Shown: piece after piece, positions 1-9,240 of the stretch
Layout of the letters: every line of letters starts with the position of its first letter
How positions within the stretch are numbered: the stretch's first letter is position 1
Source of the DNA: Candidatus Hydrogenedentota bacterium
Lineage (GTDB): Bacteria; Hydrogenedentota; Hydrogenedentia; Hydrogenedentales; SLHB01
Direction: 5' to 3'
Length of the DNA stretch: 64,000 nt
Assembly (NCBI GenBank): GCA_029974275.1
Contig: JARKSN010000289.1
Span: forward strand, 1 to 64,000
Notes under the pieces: generated by a model
Seen by the model: the letters and a program-made list of their open reading frames with translations, nothing else
The model's database searches: none
What the model was told of the DNA's origin: nothing
Position numbers and translations under genes: made by a program

Positions 1-215
1 ACTACTGAAAAACACACGAATCTCCCTTCTTCTTTATGGGGTATGTGGGGCGGGGCGCCAACGACCAAACGAAAAGGGGAAGCAAATCACAAACGAGCCA
101 AGGTCTGCCCGGAACTCAGATTTTAATGCGATAGCCCTGAGACTCCGCCCCCCAAAAAACTCCCGAAAACATGCAAAGCCCTTATCGACGCATGTTGCTA
201 TGCCGCTTTTTTTTG

Positions 216-245
216 TGGACACAAAGTGGGCGGATGCACTATACT
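216..245 (+). promoter_or_regulatory. Putative sigma70-type promoter for the S8 protease gene
   Basis: TGGACA (216-221), 18-nt spacer, TATACT (240-245), about 265 nt upstream of ATG 511. Confidence 0.4.
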
Positions 246-510
246 TTTTCTTGGTAGGGCATTACGTGGGGACATGCGGGTGTCTCCCAACGTGATGTGC
301 AGCGGTGTGGGGTCTGCAAGTTTGGCTGCAAATCGCATTTCGAAAGGCCGACAGCGGCACGATGTTCGACGAACATGTGCGGTGGCGTGCCTGTCTCTTT
401 CCCGCGCTTCGCGTCACTGGGTCTCGATGGTCCTTTCCCCATTTTGTCTTCCGTCAACTCCTGACGGGGGTCGGTGGAATCAGCCGCTTTCATGAAAGGG
501 AGGTCTGTTT

Positions 511-3500
511 ATGTCGCGTTCAAGTAGGCGGATCCTAAATGCAATGCTGATTGCGACGGCGCTTGCGGCGTTCGGGGCGGTGAGTCCCGTGGCGCACGCC
601 ATCTTTCCCTATGGGAAGGCGCCAACCGCTTCGGGGGTGTACGATTACGCCTCCTACCTTTTCATCTTGAACGGCAAGATCACCAACGGAACCACCTGGA
701 GCAAAGGGAACGATCTTCCCACCAACTTCGACTCGGACGTTTGGATGTTATCAGACCACCGGGGCACTGATCTCCAGATCATGTACAACCCCCAAGAGCT
801 TTTCGGCGTCAAGGGCATGGGTGTGAACCGCGCGTGGGAAATTTCCACCGGACGCCCCGACGTTGTCGTCGCCGTGCTCGATTCCGGCATCCGTTGGGAA
901 GAAGACCGCAAAAACCTTGTGAACAAGTATTACCTCAACCGGAAGGAACTCCCCATTCCCCAGGTCGGGGCCAACCCCGGCGCGATCAATCCCAACGACA
1001 CCCGGTGGGGCGGCTATGACATCAACGGCGACGGCGTGTTCAACTGCAAAGACTATGCGAACGACGCCCGCGTGGCCGACCTGAACGGCAACGGCGATAT
1101 CGACCCCGACGATCTCATCCGCACATTCAGCGACGGCATTGACTCGGACAACAACGGCTACATCGACGACATCTCCGGATGGGACTTTTTCGAAAACGAC
1201 AACAATCCGCTCGATGACACCGATTACGGCCACGGCACGGGCGAAGCCATCAACTCGACTGCCGAAGCCGGCATCGCGGTCGCCACGGGATGCGAATCCT
1301 GTCCTGGCGGCGGCCCGAAAGGCGATGTCGGCACCTGCCCCAACTGCATGATGATGCCCTTGCGCGTGGGCGACTCCTTTGTCGCCGACGTGAATCACTT
1401 CGCCGAAGCCGTCACCTATGCCGTTGACAACGGAGCTTCCGTCGTCCAAGAGGCCCTCGGCACCCTCAACCGCACCTCCTTTGGCCAATCCGCCATCGAC
1501 TACGCCTATGCGAACGGCGTTATCATCAACGCTTCCGAAGCCGACGAGGCCGCGCCGCACCACAACTGGCCCGCTGCCTATGAGCGCACCATGGTCGTCA
1601 ATTCCATCCGGAACCCTTCGCCCCCCGGCATGAACCCGGTGGGATATTTGGAGTTGAACGGCTGCACCAACTACGGCGGCTACACCTTCATGAGCGTCCC
1701 CTCGATCGGCTGCTCCTCCGAAGCCACCGGCGTCTCTTCCGGCATATCCGGCTTGCTCATGTCCGCCGCGAAGAATGCAGTCGAACGCGGCAAAATGACC
1801 AAATACATCACCGACACCGGCGCAACGGCCGCCTATGCGCTTTCCGCCGCCGAGGCGATGCAACTGTGGCGTCTGTCTTGCGACGACATCGATTTCTCGA
1901 CCCCCAACCCGGACCATGCCTTCTGGTCCCTATGGCCCAAATACAAGCCCCTTATCGGCGGACCGCAGGGATGCACCGCCAACAACTGGAACTACACGAC
2001 CACGCCTTTTGCGACGCGTCGTTACCGCACCGCCAAGGGCTGGGACTACTTCACCGGCTACGGAAGGCCCAACTCCGCTCGGTTGCTGCGCTACATCGGC
2101 CTTGAAGGCGTCTCCGGAATCGTCGACAAGGAATTCGTCATTGACGATTGGGGCCCTTACGGAGAAGGAAACGACGCCGCCCTCACCGCCCAAGACCGCA
2201 TCCCGCCGGAAATCGACGTTCCAAGTCCGCGTTGGTGGCGGCAGTATCCCTACGACGCCAACATGAACCTTCTGCTGCCGGACGATCCCGCCGATCCCGG
2301 CATGGTGGTGGTGAAAGGGCGCGTGGCCGCCAATCGCGTGACCAAAGCCGGCGGCAGTTACGACTACATCCTTGAATTCGCGCCGCACGAACAGGGCCTT
2401 GGCTATCCGGCCGGCCTATCCCAAAGCGCCCCGGATTCCGAGGAAAAAAGCGCAGGCCCCTGGACGGTCGTCAAGCGCGTCAACGGCCTGAAAAAAGCCT
2501 TCAACGGCGAACTCGGCCGCATTTCCGTTGCCGCCATGGCGAACGCGCTGGCGCAAACCCCAGCCCCCATCGCCGCGGCGGATGATCCGACCAGCCCCTA
2601 CCAACCCGAGAAATACGCCATCCGCATTCGCGTACGCGTCATAGCCCGGCCCGTCAAGACCGCTGACACGATCAACAACGAGGCCGTATTCCAGAAACAA
2701 ATCGACGTGTACCCCGCCGCCGAAGACGTCATCCGAGACGATCTCGGCAACGGCAAACGTTCCTGCGGCGGCGTCGGTTCGCCCACCTTCTACGACATCA
2801 ACGGCGACGGCGTCGATGAAATGCTGCTTCCCACCGAAGACGGTTTCATTCACGCTTACACCGACGTGGCCACGGGAACCGAACTGCCGGGCTGGCCCGT
2901 TCACACCAGTCTCTATCCCGGCATCCGCACCACCGGCGTCAATGCCTACACGAAGGGCAAGGTCATGAAAACCGTGTACAGCTCCATCCTGTTTGGCAGC
3001 GTCGCGGTTGCCGACCTGTTCGACAAAGGCGACATCCAGGTCCTGGCCGCCGACCTCGAAGGGCGCCTCTATGCCTGGGAAGTCACCGGAAAGGCCCGCG
3101 CCAAATTCCCCGTCACGGTGGACTACAATCTCTCGAAACAACCGCCATGCGGTCCGGCGACCATTCCCAACTGCGACGATTACGCATCGCCTCCGCGCCG
3201 TGACGTCTACAACGCTCGCGACTGGGCCTTCAACAGCGCTCCGGCCATCGGCGATCTCGATCCCACCTTCAAGGGCCTCGAAATCGTCATTGGCAGCAGC
3301 GACGGCCACATCTACGCCTTCCGCAACAACGGAACCCTCGTGCCCGGGTGGCCCGTGCTCTTGCGCGACCCTGCCAAAGTCGCGACCATGGACCCCGTCA
3401 CCCGCGCCATCACCTACCGGTCCGACGCCAATCAAGAGATTGGCACCAAAGTCGTGGTTACGCCCTCATTGGGCGACATCAACGGCGACGGAAGATTGGA

Positions 3501-4896
3501 CGTGGTCGTGGGCGTCAACGAACAGTACAGCGAGCCCATGAACGCCACGGCCAACGATTCCCTCTTGGAACAGGTCGTCAGTCTCATCGGCGCCCCGGGC
3601 AATGGCCGCATCTATGCGTTGTACAACACGGGCTCTCTCACTCCCGAGACCCCCGCCAGCAGCGCAACGCCGCATTTGCAAGACCAGGCCTATATGCCCG
3701 GATGGCCGGTCAAGATAGCCCTGATCAACCTCGACCTGTTGCCCTACGTCGGCTTGGGCACCAATGGCCAAGCCGCCTTGGCCGATTTTGACGGCGACGG
3801 AAAACTGGAGATCGTCTGCGGCACAGTCATGGGGCCTGCCTATATCCTGCGCAGCGACGGTTCCTCCTTCCTCGGCAAAGACGGAAGCGTTTACAAAACC
3901 ATGAACAAAGGCGCGAGCGAATTCGGCTACTACGCCCGCAACGCCGCCAATCCGACCACCGACGGAACCAGCTTCACGGCCCTCGGCGGTTTCGCCATCG
4001 GCAACATGACGCGCGGTCCAATTATCTCCGGGCCGCGTCCGTCCAACTGGCCCGTCGAACACCTGACCATCGCCAGTTCCGCGGGCGGCATCAACCGCAC
4101 CTTGGATATCCTGTTGGAAGGCAAGCAACTGGGCAGTCAAGACCAACTCGCCCTCTGGAGTCCCGACGGAAAATACGAGCCCGTCGCCCCCTTGTTGGTG
4201 AACGACCTTCAATTCTTCAGTTCGCCGACCATCGCGGACATCAACGGCGATGGCTGGGCCGAAGTTATCCAATCCACCGCCGCCAGCGACACCGTGGCCG
4301 CGTGTTACTTCAACACCAACGACACGGCCACCCGCTACTACTCGGGCGGCTGGTCGATGAGTTCGGTGGCATTGGGCAACGCCCCCATGGGAGCTCGCAG
4401 CGACGGGAAACTGCGGTTGGTCACCATTACGCGCGAAGGCTACCTGCGTCTGTATCCGACTCCTGTCGTGGCGGGAACCCCCGAGGCGGCGCGGGCCCTA
4501 TCGGAATGGCCGGAATTCGGTCACGATCCGCGCAACACGGGCAATTACCACGCCGATGCCGTGCGGCCCTATCCGCTGAGAGACCTCGAAGTCACGCCTC
4601 TTCCCGGAAAGAAGCTTCAAGTGAAGGTGACGGCGACCGGCGACGATCGCTACGAAGGCGCGGCGGCGCGCTACGAGGTGCGCTACCTAGCCGGAACCGT
4701 TGCCGCCCCCAGTTGGCTCTCGGGCAAGGTGCTAACCTTGGCCGCCAACACGCCATCTCCTGCGGGACAACAGGACACCCTGGTCACCACCAAAGTTCTC
4801 CCGGCGGTTGCGGCCTACACCATCGTCGTCCGCGCCTTTGACGAAGCCGGAAACGGGTCCGTCGTAGCCAAGGCATATGTGACCTCGTTGCCGTAA
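511..4896 (+). CDS. Secreted subtilisin-like (S8) peptidase with EF-hand-like Ca loops, FG-GAP/VCBS repeats and a C-terminal FN3-like domain
   Basis: Signal peptide (ending AHA); VAVLDSG (Asp), YGHGTG (His), GCSSEATG (Ser region); DINGDG/DLNGNG loops; repeated GDINGDG..EIV and PGWP motifs; SD GGGAGG at 498-503. Confidence 0.85.
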   Translation: MSRSSRRILNAMLIATALAAFGAVSPVAHAIFPYGKAPTASGVYDYASYLFILNGKITNGTTWSKGNDLPTNFDSDVWMLSDHRGTDLQIMYNPQELFGVKGMGVNRAWEISTGRPDVVVAVLDSGIRWEEDRKNLVNKYYLNRKELPIPQVGANPGAINPNDTRWGGYDINGDGVFNCKDYANDARVADLNGNGDIDPDDLIRTFSDGIDSDNNGYIDDISGWDFFENDNNPLDDTDYGHGTGEAINSTAEAGIAVATGCESCPGGGPKGDVGTCPNCMMMPLRVGDSFVADVNHFAEAVTYAVDNGASVVQEALGTLNRTSFGQSAIDYAYANGVIINASEADEAAPHHNWPAAYERTMVVNSIRNPSPPGMNPVGYLELNGCTNYGGYTFMSVPSIGCSSEATGVSSGISGLLMSAAKNAVERGKMTKYITDTGATAAYALSAAEAMQLWRLSCDDIDFSTPNPDHAFWSLWPKYKPLIGGPQGCTANNWNYTTTPFATRRYRTAKGWDYFTGYGRPNSARLLRYIGLEGVSGIVDKEFVIDDWGPYGEGNDAALTAQDRIPPEIDVPSPRWWRQYPYDANMNLLLPDDPADPGMVVVKGRVAANRVTKAGGSYDYILEFAPHEQGLGYPAGLSQSAPDSEEKSAGPWTVVKRVNGLKKAFNGELGRISVAAMANALAQTPAPIAAADDPTSPYQPEKYAIRIRVRVIARPVKTADTINNEAVFQKQIDVYPAAEDVIRDDLGNGKRSCGGVGSPTFYDINGDGVDEMLLPTEDGFIHAYTDVATGTELPGWPVHTSLYPGIRTTGVNAYTKGKVMKTVYSSILFGSVAVADLFDKGDIQVLAADLEGRLYAWEVTGKARAKFPVTVDYNLSKQPPCGPATIPNCDDYASPPRRDVYNARDWAFNSAPAIGDLDPTFKGLEIVIGSSDGHIYAFRNNGTLVPGWPVLLRDPAKVATMDPVTRAITYRSDANQEIGTKVVVTPSLGDINGDGRLDVVVGVNEQYSEPMNATANDSLLEQVVSLIGAPGNGRIYALYNTGSLTPETPASSATPHLQDQAYMPGWPVKIALINLDLLPYVGLGTNGQAALADFDGDGKLEIVCGTVMGPAYILRSDGSSFLGKDGSVYKTMNKGASEFGYYARNAANPTTDGTSFTALGGFAIGNMTRGPIISGPRPSNWPVEHLTIASSAGGINRTLDILLEGKQLGSQDQLALWSPDGKYEPVAPLLVNDLQFFSSPTIADINGDGWAEVIQSTAASDTVAACYFNTNDTATRYYSGGWSMSSVALGNAPMGARSDGKLRLVTITREGYLRLYPTPVVAGTPEAARALSEWPEFGHDPRNTGNYHADAVRPYPLRDLEVTPLPGKKLQVKVTATGDDRYEGAAARYEVRYLAGTVAAPSWLSGKVLTLAANTPSPAGQQDTLVTTKVLPAVAAYTIVVRAFDEAGNGSVVAKAYVTSLP

Positions 4897-4913
4897 CGCC
4901 AAGACGTACACAC

Positions 4914-4950
4914 AAGAGCCCCCGCAACGATTACGTTGCGGGGGCTCTTT
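4914..4950. terminator. Intrinsic terminator, probably bidirectional, between convergent genes
   Basis: Perfect 16-bp stem AAGAGCCCCCGCAACG-ATTA-CGTTGCGGGGGCTCTT followed by T. Confidence 0.8.
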
Positions 4951-5015
4951 GCGTGATGTAAAAAGTGGAAAGCGGGGGGGCGAGCGAGAGAGCAGAAGCA
5001 GCGACGTGAAATGCG

Positions 5016-8000
5016 TTAACGGGTGCGCTTTCCCCATTTGCCGACGAAAAAAGAGCTCCACTTGCGCCGAGCGGAGATTTTTTCCAACTGCTGCTGCACG
5101 CCTTCCTGCGTTAGCCACCCGTATCCCGCACACCCCAACGTGTACATAAGTCTCCGGAAATCCTCGTCGTTCCATTCCGGCTTGCCGCGATGCGTCAACG
5201 CCATGGCCGCTTCTTCTTCGGACTGCGGTCCCTCCTGGCTCACGTCTGCGGCATACGGCGTATGCAACGTCAAAAACGCCTCGAGATACGGCCGGGCGCC
5301 CTCATCCCAATCTTCCCGTTCCCGATCCTCGAGTTCCCAATCGAGAATCCACTGGATCATCTTTCCGTCCGCACTGCCCGAAAGCACGTACCGTCCATCT
5401 CGAGACATGCCCAAGGCTTCCACCGCGTCCCCATGTCCCTGGAACACGCGCACGCATTCTCCCGAAGAAGTCTCCCAAAGCTTGACCGTGCGGTCCGAGC
5501 TGCCCGACACGGCATACCGGCAATCCGTCGTCAAGCAGGCGGCATTGACCGAACTGGCATGTCCCTCAAACGAGTGCAGACATTCTCCCGTCTCCAGGTT
5601 CCACAAGAAAAGCTCTCCGGGCCTCCCCCACATGTTTCCGCTGCCTGACAAGGCGAAACGTCCGTCTTCGCTCAAGAATACCGTGCGCACGCCCCCCGCG
5701 TGACCCGCCAAGGTCATCAGTGAATTGCCGGAGGCGATATCCCAAAGCGCCACGTTTTGATCCGAACTACCCGAAAGCAACGAGAGTGAGTCGGGACTGA
5801 GACACAAGGAAACGATGTCCGACGAATGCCCTTCGAGCGTACGCAACGGTTCCGCCGTCGCAACGTCCCATATCCAAATATCCAAACCGGCGGAAACCAG
5901 GAAACGGCCGTCAAGACTCAAAGCCAACGTCTCGACCGTGCCCGTGAACCCTTCGAAAGTCTGAATTTGATCGCCTTGCACCGCATCCCACATCTGGATG
6001 AGGCCGTCTTCCCCCCCCGCAACGAGGAAACGGCCCTCCACGTTGCAGGCCACCGAATGCACCGCCCCATGCCGCACCTTAAGCGTCCGCAGGCATTTTC
6101 CCGATGACATATTCCATATCTTGACCATGCCGTCGGCGCCGCCGGAGACGGCATACCGCCCATCGCCGCTTAGCCGGATCGATTTGACCGCTCCGGCATG
6201 ACCGTCAAAAGAAGCGCCTTCCCATCCGCCCGCCAGCAGGGTGCGCGGCAGCCTGCGGTAAAGACGCGCCCATTCGCCCAGCGCCTCGTTGCGACGGCCA
6301 AATCCGGGCAGAACGCGCGCTTGACGAATGGCGGCCGCTGCCCGGACGGCGTCTCCGCGCTCGAGCAGTTGTTGCGCCTGCAGCACGAGCTGTTTGAACG
6401 CGATGCCGGCGGAAAGGATGGCTTCGCTGCGTTGGGCCTGGCATACGATGAGCGGCGCCACATAGCGCATGGAGGGTGGCCCCAGGTCCCATACCCGCAC
6501 CGTTCGATCCCGTCCCGATGATAGGGCATAGCGGCCATCCGGCGTCAGCGCCACTGCCAGCACGCTGTCCCCATGCCCCGCAAACGTGCACAGACAGCGC
6601 CCTGCCTCCACTTCCCAAACCCGCACCGTGCGATCGGGTCCTCCGGAGACGGCGAGTTTGGCATTCTGGCTCAAGGCAATCGACAAAATCGAATCGGTGT
6701 GACCCGACATTACCCGAAGGCATTTCCCCGTAGCCACTTCCCACAGCCGCAGCGTGCGATCGGCCCCTCCGGAAAGAGCATACGCCCCGTCCTCGCTCAG
6801 GGCGATCGCTTCGACCGCTCCGACGTGGCCCTCGAAGATGCGCAGACACAGGGCGCCGTCCACCTCCCACAGCCGCAACGTGCCGTCGGCGCTTCCGGAC
6901 AAGGCATACCGGCCGGCAGGGCTGAAGCAGATGGCCTTCACCCAGTCGGCGTGTCCCGCCAGCGTGCGCGCCACCGTCCCCGTGCTAAGTTCCCAGAGCT
7001 GCAAGCTGTTGTCGGGGCCTCGCGTAAGAATCTGACGCCCATTGGGAGCAAGACACACGGACCGGGTCGCGTCGCGATGCGCCTCGATCACCCGAACACA
7101 CTTGCCCGCCATCAAGTCCCAGATGCGGAAGGATCGGTCTCGGCTCGCGGAAACGGCGAACTGACCGTTCGCGCTGACCGCGATCGCGTCGACAGAGCCC
7201 GTGTGGCCCTCGTATATGCGCATACATCGCCCCGACGCCAACTCCCAAAGCCGCAAGGTGTTGTCCTCGCTTCCGGAAAGAAGATATTTTCCATCGGCAA
7301 TGACGCTCAAGGCATTCACCGCGTCGACATGCCCCTCCAATATTCTCAAGGCTTTTCGCGCGAAGGGAAGACGCCCCTTGGCCGTTTTCAGCGACACGTT
7401 CGCCGCTTCCTGGTCCGCCGATGTCACAACCTTGCTCTCGAGCAAATGGACGGCCGCCTCATAATCTCCCCGTTCCATGTGGACATGAGCCAGCAGGAAA
7501 GGGGAGAGCCAGTCCTGGGCGTGATGCTGGGCGACTTCCGTCAACTGTTGCACCAACGCAGTGTCGGACACTGTCCCCTGGCGCCACCGCACCAATCCAT
7601 AGTTGTAAACCGATTCGGGATGGTGCGTTTCCTCCTGCAAGGCCTGAGCCCATAACTTTTCCGCTTCGCTCCTCTTGCCCAAGTCCAGCATGGAAATGGC
7701 CCGATTGTTCAGCGTGCTGGGCAACGCGCCTACCGCCTTGGGAGGTGGCTGCGGGTAGGGCATCCCGGTGGTTTCTTTATAGATGCGCGCCAAGACATCG
7801 GCGATTTCCTGCATGTTGGCGGGACGCGCTTCCGGCTGCTGCTGCAGGCATGCCTTGAGCAGCGTCGCCAGATGGGCAGGCATGGAAGGCGCGCGCGGAT
7901 CCGGAACGCTCTGGCTCATGTACGCCGTAAGCGCTTCCGCGCCCGCCGTGCCGATGCGCCACGTCGCTTTCCGCGTGAACATTTCGAGCACGAGCAGCGC

Positions 8001-8828
8001 CCAGCTCCACATATCGGTTCGGTGGGTCAGCGGCGTATGGGCATGCTGCTCTGGAGAACAATAGGCCGGCGTCATGCCGCGTGAACTCGCCAAGGGATTT
8101 CCCGGCGCCGCTCCCTCCAGATCCACGGCCGCCAAAGCCTGCGCCAGGCCAAAGTCCGTCACCTTAGCCACGCCGTCCGAGGTCATCATGACGTTCGCCG
8201 GCTTCACGTCGCGATGAATGAGGCGGTGGGCATGTGCATGGTGCAACCCCCACGCCACTTGAATGGCCACGCGCAATATCCGCTCGATGGACCGGTTCGC
8301 CCCGCCCTCGTAGAGCCGCCCATCGCGTATCCACGCAAGCAGACTTCCCCCATCGACGTATTCGGCGAAAATTCGCGGAATCCCGCCCAAACGCCTAACG
8401 TAATAACAACTTACAATGTGGGGATGAAGTCCCAGGTTAATCCAGGTCTCGCACTCGCGCTCGACATATTCGACGCCCTTGGCGCGCGAGAGTATTTCCG
8501 GGCGCGGGCATTTCACGGCCAAGTCGATATTCCATTGGCAATGGCGGACCTTGAAGACCTTGCCCATGCCCCCCGTCCCGAGCACCCCATTCACCTCGTA
8601 CAGGTCCAGGATGATATCGCCCGGCGTCCAGTCGGCGGGCACATCCATCTCCGAAGGACCATTGCCAGGAACGAGACCGCTGGAGGAAATGAGGGTCGTG
8701 TCGATATTCTCTTCCGAGATGGCAATAGCAACGCCGCACCGGGGACACGCGCCGGTTAGGCCGAAATGTTCCTCGCTCACGCGCATGCGGTTGCCGCACG
8801 AGCACGATATCTGATAAAACTGCGTCAT
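5016..8828 (-). CDS. Ser/Thr protein kinase with N-terminal Zn ribbon, TPRs and two WD40 propellers
   Basis: CSCG..CPRC; LGTGGMGKV, AVK, HRDVKPAN, DFG, SPE; TPR-like helices; about 14 GH...WD/WE repeats in two blocks. Confidence 0.92.
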   Translation of the reverse strand: MTQFYQISCSCGNRMRVSEEHFGLTGACPRCGVAIAISEENIDTTLISSSGLVPGNGPSEMDVPADWTPGDIILDLYEVNGVLGTGGMGKVFKVRHCQWNIDLAVKCPRPEILSRAKGVEYVERECETWINLGLHPHIVSCYYVRRLGGIPRIFAEYVDGGSLLAWIRDGRLYEGGANRSIERILRVAIQVAWGLHHAHAHRLIHRDVKPANVMMTSDGVAKVTDFGLAQALAAVDLEGAAPGNPLASSRGMTPAYCSPEQHAHTPLTHRTDMWSWALLVLEMFTRKATWRIGTAGAEALTAYMSQSVPDPRAPSMPAHLATLLKACLQQQPEARPANMQEIADVLARIYKETTGMPYPQPPPKAVGALPSTLNNRAISMLDLGKRSEAEKLWAQALQEETHHPESVYNYGLVRWRQGTVSDTALVQQLTEVAQHHAQDWLSPFLLAHVHMERGDYEAAVHLLESKVVTSADQEAANVSLKTAKGRLPFARKALRILEGHVDAVNALSVIADGKYLLSGSEDNTLRLWELASGRCMRIYEGHTGSVDAIAVSANGQFAVSASRDRSFRIWDLMAGKCVRVIEAHRDATRSVCLAPNGRQILTRGPDNSLQLWELSTGTVARTLAGHADWVKAICFSPAGRYALSGSADGTLRLWEVDGALCLRIFEGHVGAVEAIALSEDGAYALSGGADRTLRLWEVATGKCLRVMSGHTDSILSIALSQNAKLAVSGGPDRTVRVWEVEAGRCLCTFAGHGDSVLAVALTPDGRYALSSGRDRTVRVWDLGPPSMRYVAPLIVCQAQRSEAILSAGIAFKQLVLQAQQLLERGDAVRAAAAIRQARVLPGFGRRNEALGEWARLYRRLPRTLLAGGWEGASFDGHAGAVKSIRLSGDGRYAVSGGADGMVKIWNMSSGKCLRTLKVRHGAVHSVACNVEGRFLVAGGEDGLIQMWDAVQGDQIQTFEGFTGTVETLALSLDGRFLVSAGLDIWIWDVATAEPLRTLEGHSSDIVSLCLSPDSLSLLSGSSDQNVALWDIASGNSLMTLAGHAGGVRTVFLSEDGRFALSGSGNMWGRPGELFLWNLETGECLHSFEGHASSVNAACLTTDCRYAVSGSSDRTVKLWETSSGECVRVFQGHGDAVEALGMSRDGRYVLSGSADGKMIQWILDWELEDREREDWDEGARPYLEAFLTLHTPYAADVSQEGPQSEEEAAMALTHRGKPEWNDEDFRRLMYTLGCAGYGWLTQEGVQQQLEKISARRKWSSFFVGKWGKRTR

Positions 8829-9240
8829 GGGGTGCGTTCTCTCGGTAAAAAAGACGTCTCGCAGTCTTCCTTACCCGTTTTTCCACGGCAACTATCGCTC
8901 GCGGTAGGGACCAAACACGCCCCCGCCGCGATGCGTTTTCACCCGTCTCCCCCTTTGGCGCACCGCTTCTCGATACGCCCCCCCCCCGCGAAGTATACCA
9001 TGCGGTCCTATTGCACATCACGGACGTTCCGCGCGCCTTCCCTCTTTGAAGGTTTTTCCGCATGTTGCCGACTTGTCACGAAAAGAATATACGAAACAGT
9101 TAAGAAAAAACAACTAGACTGGACTGAAGCAATCAACGAATGAAATAGAAGAATATCTATGTGGACTACTGATTCGAGAGATTGGTTGCGAGAAGAAAAA
9201 AAGTGTAACCTCTTGCGTAAACGGTACAAACGGGGTACGC

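Noticed and set aside
1..35. Start of a minus-strand gene running off the left edge (AAGGGAG then GTG at 17 or 15)
   Set aside because: Only about 5 codons are visible, too little to support a call
320..360. c-di-GMP-I riboswitch (GCAAA..GAAA) in the protease leader
   Set aside because: Lacks the P2 stem, the GACGCAAAG segment and a matching P3
5400..7330. Recurring nucleotide similarity suggesting a repeat array or CRISPR
   Set aside because: Explained by WD40 coding repeats; there are no identical repeats with unique spacers and no cas genes
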